From the NCBI GenBank assembly GCA_900543095.1, contig UQQD01000001.1, positions 41,836 through 105,835 of the forward strand: a stretch of 64,000 nt of DNA, written 5' to 3'. The translations under genes and the position numbers were made by a program. Below are positions 21,606 to 28,426 of this stretch, piece by piece. Under the pieces are notes generated by a model that was not told the DNA's origin, did not search any database, and saw nothing but the letters and a program-made list of their open reading frames with translations. The stretch comes from an uncultured Ruminococcus sp. (GTDB lineage Bacteria > Bacillota > Clostridia > Oscillospirales > Acutalibacteraceae). Every line of letters begins with the position of its first letter. Positions within the stretch are counted from its first letter, which is position 1.

Positions 21606-23288
21606 ATGATAAACGGCGAAATATTAAAGCAGGCAATAATCTCAGGTGCAAATAATATCAATGCACAGAAGGAACATATTAACGATCTGAATATCTTCCC
21701 CGTGCCCGACGGCGATACGGGAACAAATATGACAATGACGATTTTGGCGGCTGCAGATGCACTTTCCGATTATGACGGTGCAGACGCAGGAGAAGTTGCC
21801 GAGATAACCGCTTCATCAATGCTGAGAGGAGCAAGGGGCAATTCCGGTGTAATCACGTCTATCCTGTTCAGGGGATTTTCTCAGGGACTCAAGGGTATGC
21901 AGGAGGTCAACGGCAAAAACCTTGCCGCTGCGCTCGGAATAGGTGTTGACGGCGCATACAAGGCTGTTATGAAGCCTGCCGAGGGTACTATCCTCACGGT
22001 TGCAAGAATGGCTTATGAAGCCGGCGTTGAGGCGGCAAAGGAAAATTCCGAAGCTGTGTTTGTATGGCAAAAAATCTGTGACAAGGCTAATGAGGCTCTT
22101 GCAATCACCCCCGAACTTTTGCCCGTGCTCAAAAAGGCAGGAGTTGTTGACGCAGGCGGAAAGGGCTTGTGTACGATTTTTGAAGGTATGCTTTCCGTTA
22201 TCAGGGACGGTGTAGTAATCGAATATGACGATACGCCCGCTCAGGCAACAATGGAAACCTATGACAGTGCCGCAGCGGAATTTGACGATGATATTCGCTT
22301 TACCTACTGTACAGAGTTTATTGTGGGCAGAGATCCCGAAATCGAAACCGATCCTCAGGAATTAAAAGATTTTCTTGAAACTGTGGGCGACTGCGTTGTT
22401 GTTGTAAACGATGACGAAATAATAAAAGTTCACGTTCATACCGAAAATCCCGGCAATGTGCTTTCAAAGGGACTTGAATTCGGTCAGCTTTTGACCGTGA
22501 AAGTCGAAAATATGAAGGAACAGCATAAGAACGCAAAGTCAAAATCGAAAAAATCGGCAAAGCCCGTTAAAAAGTCAAAACCCAAGAAGATTGAAAAGGA
22601 AGTTTTCACACCTGTTGAGCCTACCGAAGAATTCGGATTTGTGGCTGTTGCCGCCGGTGAGGGAATGAAAACACTTTTCAAGGACCTTGGCTGTAACAAT
22701 GTTGTGTCCGGCGGTCAGAGTATGAATCCGAGTACAGACGATATTTACGAGGCAATACTTGCTACGCCTGCAAAATGTGTTTTTGTTCTGCCAAACAACA
22801 AGAATATAATCCTTGCCGCAGAACAGACGGTTCCTATGGTCAAGGACAGAACGGTTGTTATCGTTCCCACACGCACGATCCCTCAGGGAATGACAGCAAT
22901 GCTTAACTTTGATCCGGAAATTTCCTCAGAAAGCAACGCCCAGCTTATGATGGACGCCGCTCGCAATGTAGGCACAGGTCTTGTAACCTTTGCCGCACGC
23001 AAAAGCGATTTTGGCGGAATGAAGATAAAAGAGGGCGACATAATCGCACTTGAAAACGGTAAGCTCACTATTACCGAGAAAAATCCCGTAAAGGCGCTTG
23101 TAAAGCTTGCAAAGAATATGGTAAACCGTAATTCATCGTTTATAACATTGATATACGGTGAGGATGTTTCGGAAGAGGACGCTGAAAAAGCATACGAAGA
23201 ACTGCGTGAAAAATTCGGTTCGCACACCGATATTTCACTCGTTAAGGGTGATCAGCCTGTTTATTACTTTATTCTCAGCGTTGAATAA
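21606..23288 (+). CDS. DAK2 domain protein (YloV/FakA-like fatty acid kinase ATP-binding subunit)
   Basis: IFPVPDGDTGTNM DAK2 motif. The start is set at MINGEILK by alignment with the paralog at 40323-41963. Confidence 0.75.
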   Translation: MINGEILKQAIISGANNINAQKEHINDLNIFPVPDGDTGTNMTMTILAAADALSDYDGADAGEVAEITASSMLRGARGNSGVITSILFRGFSQGLKGMQEVNGKNLAAALGIGVDGAYKAVMKPAEGTILTVARMAYEAGVEAAKENSEAVFVWQKICDKANEALAITPELLPVLKKAGVVDAGGKGLCTIFEGMLSVIRDGVVIEYDDTPAQATMETYDSAAAEFDDDIRFTYCTEFIVGRDPEIETDPQELKDFLETVGDCVVVVNDDEIIKVHVHTENPGNVLSKGLEFGQLLTVKVENMKEQHKNAKSKSKKSAKPVKKSKPKKIEKEVFTPVEPTEEFGFVAVAAGEGMKTLFKDLGCNNVVSGGQSMNPSTDDIYEAILATPAKCVFVLPNNKNIILAAEQTVPMVKDRTVVIVPTRTIPQGMTAMLNFDPEISSESNAQLMMDAARNVGTGLVTFAARKSDFGGMKIKEGDIIALENGKLTITEKNPVKALVKLAKNMVNRNSSFITLIYGEDVSEEDAEKAYEELREKFGSHTDISLVKGDQPVYYFILSVE

Positions 23289-23433
23289 ATATATTCGTAT
23301 ATTCGGAGAACAAAATTTTTAAAACGATAATAATATAAATGTCGTGGGGGTCGGCATCCTTAACGACCCTGCTGTAATGTATTCGGGGGCGTTGGGGAGT
23401 TGTCCCCCTGTCTGCATTTTAAAGGATAATACT

Positions 23434-25479
23434 ATGGCTTCACTGTACAAAATGCCAATAACGGCACTGAGCGGCATAGGCACAAAAAAAGCTCGCATGT
23501 TTGAAAAACTCGGAATAAAAAGCGTTGGCGATCTGCTCACATTTTACCCCCGTGCATACGAGGATTGGAGCAATGTTGAAAAAATTAATAATTTGCAATA
23601 CGGCGGAATTTACTGCATAAAGGCAATCCTTGCCGCACCGATAACCGATTCGGTGATAAAGGGCGGCAGGATTATTTCGAGAGGCTCTGTATATGACGAC
23701 ACGGGAGCTCTGCAAATTGTATTTTTTAATAACCGATACATAAGCGGAATGTTAAAAAGCGGAGCAGAATACTTCTTCTACGGAAAAATAGTTTCTGACA
23801 GATATAGCGCACAAATGGTTGCTCCTACATTTTCCCCCGTCAGCGACGGAATGAAAATTCACGCTATATACAAACAAACCGCAGGACTTGTCAGCAAAAC
23901 AATATCCAATGCGGTAAAACAGGCGATCAGCCTGATGCCGAAAAATGTAAATGATCCCTTGCCCGAACAGGTTTGCAAGACCTTCAGCCTTTGCGGTCTG
24001 CGTGAAGCTATAATAGGAATTCACTTTCCAAAGAACAAAGAACAGCTTGAAACGGCACGCAAACGCCTTGTGACCGAGGAGCTTGTGGTGCTGAATCTCG
24101 GAATGAGAAACCTGCGTGAGCATAGCAGGGGAACAAGCGGCATAAAAATAAAACAGGATTATTCGGAAGAATTTGAAAAATACCTGCCGTTTACCCTTAC
24201 AAACGCCCAGAAGCATGCAATTTCCGATTGCTGTAAGGATATGATGACAAAATCATCGCCGATGAACAGACTTGTTCAGGGAGATGTAGGATCGGGCAAA
24301 ACCGCAGTTGCGGCTTCGATTTGTTATACTGTTATTAAAAACGGCTTTCAGGCTGCGTTTATGGCGCCTACCGAGATACTTGCACGTCAACACTATGAGA
24401 CATTTTCACAGCTGCTTGAAAATACAGGCATAAAAATTGCTTTGCTTACGGGTGCGCTGAAAGAATCTGAAAAAAAGCAGATTCGCAGTGACCTTTCGGA
24501 AGGCAAAACAGACCTTGTTATCGGTACTCACGCGCTTATCACAGGCAAAACCGAGTTCAAAAACCTCGGCATTGCAGTAACGGATGAACAGCATCGTTTC
24601 GGCGTAGCTCAAAGGGCAAAGCTTTTGGGCAAAGGGGAAAATCCTCATTTGCTCGTAATGAGCGCAACGCCAATCCCGCGCACGCTCGGACTTATCATAT
24701 TCGGCGATCTTGACATATCTGTTATTGACGAGCTTCCGCCGTCACGCAAGCCCGTAAAGACGGTTGCTTTTGATTCAACTCAGCGCAGTAGGGTTTATGG
24801 CTTTATCAGACAGGAAATAGCCGCAGGACGTCAGGCATATATCGTTTGTCCGCTTGTTGAGGAAGGCGAGCTTGACAACGTTGCCTCAGCCGAAGAATAT
24901 GCCGCAGAGCTGATGCTCAAAGAATTTTCGGATATTCCTGTCGGTATAGTTCACGGAAAGATGAAATCCGATGAAAAAGAGGCGGTTATGGAAAAATTCG
25001 CCGCGAACGAATACTCTCTGCTTGTTGCAACAACGGTAATAGAGGTCGGAGTCGATGTTCCCAATGCTTCGGTTATGGTGATAGAAAACGCCGAACGCTT
25101 TGGATTGTCTCAGCTTCACCAGCTCAGGGGAAGAGTGGGCAGAGGAAGTTTTCAGTCATATTGCGTATTGATAAGCGACAATAATTCTTTAACGGTACGC
25201 AAACGGCTGGAGATAATGTGCTCTACAAACAACGGTTTTGTAATTGCCGATCAGGATCTTAAAATGCGCGGACCGGGCGACTTTTTCGGCGAACGCCAAC
25301 ACGGACTTCCTCAGCTTTCCATTGCTGATTTTGCAGATTCAAAAAGTCTTGAGCTTTCTCAGGAAATTTCGGATTATATTATGCTTACATACAAAGACCT
25401 CCGCTGTGACGAGCTGCACCTGCTCAAGGCTGAAATCGACGTGCTTTTTAATCGTGGAGGTCAAAATTCACTTAATTAG
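23434..25479 (+). CDS. recG: ATP-dependent DNA helicase RecG
   Basis: Wedge domain, GDVGSGKT Walker A, DEQHRFG, and QLHQLRGRVGRG. Confidence 0.9.
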   Translation: MASLYKMPITALSGIGTKKARMFEKLGIKSVGDLLTFYPRAYEDWSNVEKINNLQYGGIYCIKAILAAPITDSVIKGGRIISRGSVYDDTGALQIVFFNNRYISGMLKSGAEYFFYGKIVSDRYSAQMVAPTFSPVSDGMKIHAIYKQTAGLVSKTISNAVKQAISLMPKNVNDPLPEQVCKTFSLCGLREAIIGIHFPKNKEQLETARKRLVTEELVVLNLGMRNLREHSRGTSGIKIKQDYSEEFEKYLPFTLTNAQKHAISDCCKDMMTKSSPMNRLVQGDVGSGKTAVAASICYTVIKNGFQAAFMAPTEILARQHYETFSQLLENTGIKIALLTGALKESEKKQIRSDLSEGKTDLVIGTHALITGKTEFKNLGIAVTDEQHRFGVAQRAKLLGKGENPHLLVMSATPIPRTLGLIIFGDLDISVIDELPPSRKPVKTVAFDSTQRSRVYGFIRQEIAAGRQAYIVCPLVEEGELDNVASAEEYAAELMLKEFSDIPVGIVHGKMKSDEKEAVMEKFAANEYSLLVATTVIEVGVDVPNASVMVIENAERFGLSQLHQLRGRVGRGSFQSYCVLISDNNSLTVRKRLEIMCSTNNGFVIADQDLKMRGPGDFFGERQHGLPQLSIADFADSKSLELSQEISDYIMLTYKDLRCDELHLLKAEIDVLFNRGGQNSLN

Positions 25480-25487
25480 GGGAGATA

Positions 25488-26840
25488 TTGGAAATGAAAA
25501 AATCGGTCAAAATACTGTCACTCATTTTTGTGCTTTGTATTATAATATCATCGGCAATATCGGGTGTTTCGGCAGTTTCTTATCCGAACGACGTCAAAAC
25601 AATGTCCGATTCTATCCTGCTTGTCAATATGGATTCGGGACAGTCGGTTTTTGAAAAGGATCCCGATTCAAAGCGCTATCCTGCTTCAACCACAAAAATT
25701 ATGACTTATATAATTGCGGTTGAACACATTGACGATCTTGACAACACGAGAATTCCGATAAAGCAGGAAGTAATTGATACGCTTGAGGGTACGGGCAGTT
25801 CACTTGCAAATGTTGCGGAGCACGTCGGCGAGAGTATGACTGCTATTGATTTGCTGTACAGTATGATGGTTCCGTCAGGCAACGACGCCGCAATGGTGCT
25901 TGCCGACTATGTGGGCGGGGGCAACATTGACAATTTTGTTAAGATGATGAACGACAAGGCGCAGGAGCTTGGCTGCGAAAACACTCATTTTGCAAATCCC
26001 GACGGCTTGCATGATGACAACCATTACACTACCGCCCGTGACCTTTACAAGATTACTACATATGCGCTTACGCTTCCTCGCTTTGCTCAGATAACCGACA
26101 CCACGGAATACACCTGTGAAGGCGACGACGTACCCCTCATAACCACAAATTACCTTATTGATATAAACCGAGGCGGCGAATATTACTATATGTACGCCAA
26201 GGGAATCAAGACAGGTACTACCGATCAGGCCGGAAGATGTCTTGTTACTACGGCGTCTGCCGACGGATATTCCTATATGGCGGTAATTCTTCATGCTCCG
26301 TACAAAGAAGGCGAACAAGAGGAGTATTACACTTTTACCGATGCCGCCGACCTGTTTCGTTGGGCGCTCACAAGTCTTGAACTGAAAACAGTAAAGACCT
26401 CAACTACTCCGGTATGTGAGCAAAAGATTAAGCTTGCTTGGGGAAAAAGTTCTGTAAATCTTGTCCCTGAGAAGAATATAACCGTGCTTGTACCGTCTGA
26501 TATAGAGGATAAGGATATTACGATTGAGCCCGACCTTCCCGATGTTGCGGAAGCTCCGCTTTCGACCGACAAGCCGATAGGAACTGCAAAGGTTTACTAT
26601 CAGGACAATGACGGCAACAAGCAGGAAATTGCCGAGGTAAACCTTGTTCCCGAAGAAAATATCGAGCGCAGCGGATTTTTGTCGGTGCTTGATGTCATTG
26701 GTACGATATTGCAGTCATACTGGTTTCTTGTAATTATAGGCTTGATAATAATTATACTGTTGATATATTTCATCGTTTCAAGGATAAGCAGGAAACGCAG
26801 AAAGAAAAACCGCAGCGTAAAGCATTACCGCAATTTTTGA
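25488..26840 (+). CDS. D-alanyl-D-alanine carboxypeptidase (S11), C-terminal membrane anchor
   Basis: Signal peptide, SxxK (ASTTK), SGND and KTG motifs, plus a C-terminal TM segment. Confidence 0.8.
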   Translation: MEMKKSVKILSLIFVLCIIISSAISGVSAVSYPNDVKTMSDSILLVNMDSGQSVFEKDPDSKRYPASTTKIMTYIIAVEHIDDLDNTRIPIKQEVIDTLEGTGSSLANVAEHVGESMTAIDLLYSMMVPSGNDAAMVLADYVGGGNIDNFVKMMNDKAQELGCENTHFANPDGLHDDNHYTTARDLYKITTYALTLPRFAQITDTTEYTCEGDDVPLITTNYLIDINRGGEYYYMYAKGIKTGTTDQAGRCLVTTASADGYSYMAVILHAPYKEGEQEEYYTFTDAADLFRWALTSLELKTVKTSTTPVCEQKIKLAWGKSSVNLVPEKNITVLVPSDIEDKDITIEPDLPDVAEAPLSTDKPIGTAKVYYQDNDGNKQEIAEVNLVPEENIERSGFLSVLDVIGTILQSYWFLVIIGLIIIILLIYFIVSRISRKRRKKNRSVKHYRNF

Positions 26841-26892
26841 TATGGATTTTTGCAGGTTAAAATTTTGCTTATTAAAACCGTAATTAATAATA

Positions 26893-26930
26893 AATCCGGA
26901 CGAACAGTTTAGCTTGCTCGTCCGGATTTT
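26893..26930 (+). terminator. Rho-independent terminator
   Basis: ATCCGGACGA...TCGTCCGGAT followed by TTTT. Confidence 0.65.
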
Positions 26931-26987
26931 ATCAATTTGTTCTGTAATATAATTGTAATTATTCTTTTGTTGAATTTTAGCTTGAAT

Positions 26988-27168
26988 GTGTTATAATCTA
27001 AGTGCAGATGTCACCCGTCTTTTAGGCGGGTGACATCTCAGGATTTCAGTGGGAGTTATAATCTCCCACTAAAATCCTGAGGAGCTAAAGCTCCTTTGCA
27101 CTGCTTGCAATCTGTCGCAGGCTTTGCTCCTTGCAAGCAAAGCAAAGCCTTGCTCCGATTTAAATTAT
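26988..27168 (+). repeat. Family-1 modular element, copy B (full-length, 4 hairpins), acting as the nrdR leader
   Basis: TGTGTTATAATCTAAGTGCAG, then P1, P2, GGAGCTAAAGCTCC and GCTTGCAATCTGTCGCAGGC, ending in TTGCTCCGATTTAAAT 26 nt before nrdR. Confidence 0.75.
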
Positions 27169-27195
27169 TTTATAAAAAATACAGAGGTGATCCGT

Positions 27196-27654
27196 ATGAA
27201 ATGTCCATACTGCGGCTATGAAGAAAGCAAAGTAATCGACTCAAGGTCGGCTGACGACGGAGAACGCATACGCAGAAGACGTGAATGTCTTAAATGCGGT
27301 AAGCGCTTTACTACTCACGAAGTAATTGAAACAGTGCCGATAATCGTAGTTAAGCGTGACAAGTCAAGAGAGGTTTTTGACCGCAATAAGCTCACAGCGG
27401 GAATATTGCGTGCCTGCGAAAAACGCCCTGTATCAATTCAGCAGATAGAGTCAATGGTTGATGAAATTGAGGCAAAGATACAAAGCAGTCTTGACCGTGA
27501 GGTCACAACAATGCAAATCGGTGAGCTTGCAATGGAACAGCTTAAGAATGTTGATGAGGTTTCATATGTTCGCTTTGCGTCTGTTTATCGCCAGTTTAAG
27601 GATATAAACACCTTTATGGATGAGCTTAACAAACTGCTCACCGAAAAGAAATAA
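27196..27654 (+). CDS. nrdR: Transcriptional repressor NrdR
   Basis: MKCPYCG zinc ribbon followed by an ATP-cone domain. Confidence 0.9.
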   Translation: MKCPYCGYEESKVIDSRSADDGERIRRRRECLKCGKRFTTHEVIETVPIIVVKRDKSREVFDRNKLTAGILRACEKRPVSIQQIESMVDEIEAKIQSSLDREVTTMQIGELAMEQLKNVDEVSYVRFASVYRQFKDINTFMDELNKLLTEKK

Positions 27655-27800
27655 TCTAAGTGCAGATGGTCCTCGACTCTTAGGAGTCGAGGATCAATTC
27701 AAGGTGTCAGAGGGAGTTATATCTACCTCTGACACCTTGAGGAGCTGACGCTCCTTTGCACTGTTTGCAATCTGTCGCAAGCTTTGCTCCGACTTAAATG
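27649..27800 (+). repeat. Family-1 modular element, copy C (begins at the nrdR stop codon)
   Basis: AAATAATCTAAGTGCAG, P1 and P2 with altered but complementary stems, then GGAGCTGACGCTCC, TTGCAATCTGTCGCAAGC and TTGCTCCGACTTAAAT. Confidence 0.75.
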
Positions 27801-27923
27801 TTTCGCACTTTCATTTAATGTATATTATACTTATGTAAAGTATGCGGGCGATGTTTTTTCGCTCTTAGGTTATATATTCTTTAATAATAGTCAGCAAATA
27901 AGTATAAAAAAACAAATCCTATG

Positions 27924-27987
27924 GATAATATCTAAGTGCAGGCTCTGCTTCCTGTAAGCAAAGCAGAGCGTTGCCCCGATTTAAATT
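27924..27987 (+). repeat. Family-1 element, copy D (minimal: 5' box + terminal hairpin + 3' box)
   Basis: GATAATATCTAAGTGCAG, then GGCTCTGCTT...AAGCAGAGC and TTGCCCCGATTTAAAT, 26 nt before the 74-aa ORF. Confidence 0.7.
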
Positions 27988-28012
27988 ATAATCAGAATGA
28001 AAGGGCTATCTA

Positions 28013-28237
28013 ATGAAAATATATTCAATCACATATGACAAGGTTTTAAATCTGAAACGAGCCGCCGCAGAAAAATTCACTGACAAAATTCATTTTCACG
28101 ATGCCTGCGGAGGTCAGTATTTTAACCTTGAAACGCCGAACGAGGAGCTTCAAAAGTTCATAGTGGATTATTTTGAAGGACAGGGAATAGCGGCTGTATT
28201 TTCTGAGGATAATATGAATTTTCATCTTGCTAAATAA
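28013..28237 (+). CDS. Hypothetical 74-aa protein
   Basis: ORF with an RBS-like AAAGGG, flanked by element copies D and E. No family was recognised. Confidence 0.4.
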   Translation: MKIYSITYDKVLNLKRAAAEKFTDKIHFHDACGGQYFNLETPNEELQKFIVDYFEGQGIAAVFSEDNMNFHLAK

Positions 28238-28326
28238 TAATCTATGGAGCTAAAGCTCCTTTGCACCGCTTGCAATCTGTCGCAAGCGGTGCTTTTTGCA
28301 GGCAAAACATTGCTCCGATTTAAATG
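28236..28326 (+). repeat. Family-1 element, copy E (5'-truncated: starts at the GGAGCTAAAGCTCC module)
   Basis: ATAATCTATGGAGCTAAAGCTCCTTTGCACCGCTTGCAATCTGTCGCAAGCGGTGC...TTGCTCCGATTTAAAT. Confidence 0.7.
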
Positions 28327-28426
28327 ATATATTTGATAAAGCACTTTAATAAATCCGATTATTGTGGTATAATGATTATGCAGGAATGACGTGAAAGTAT
28401 AAATATATAACAAACGGAGGTAAAAT

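Noticed and set aside
26988-28326. CRISPR array or integron attC interpretation of the clustered repeats
   Set aside because: The repeats are 60-180 nt with variable internal content and they flank protein genes. There are no regular short spacers and no GTTRRRY/RYYYAAC attC core sites. They fit a modular promoter or leader element better.
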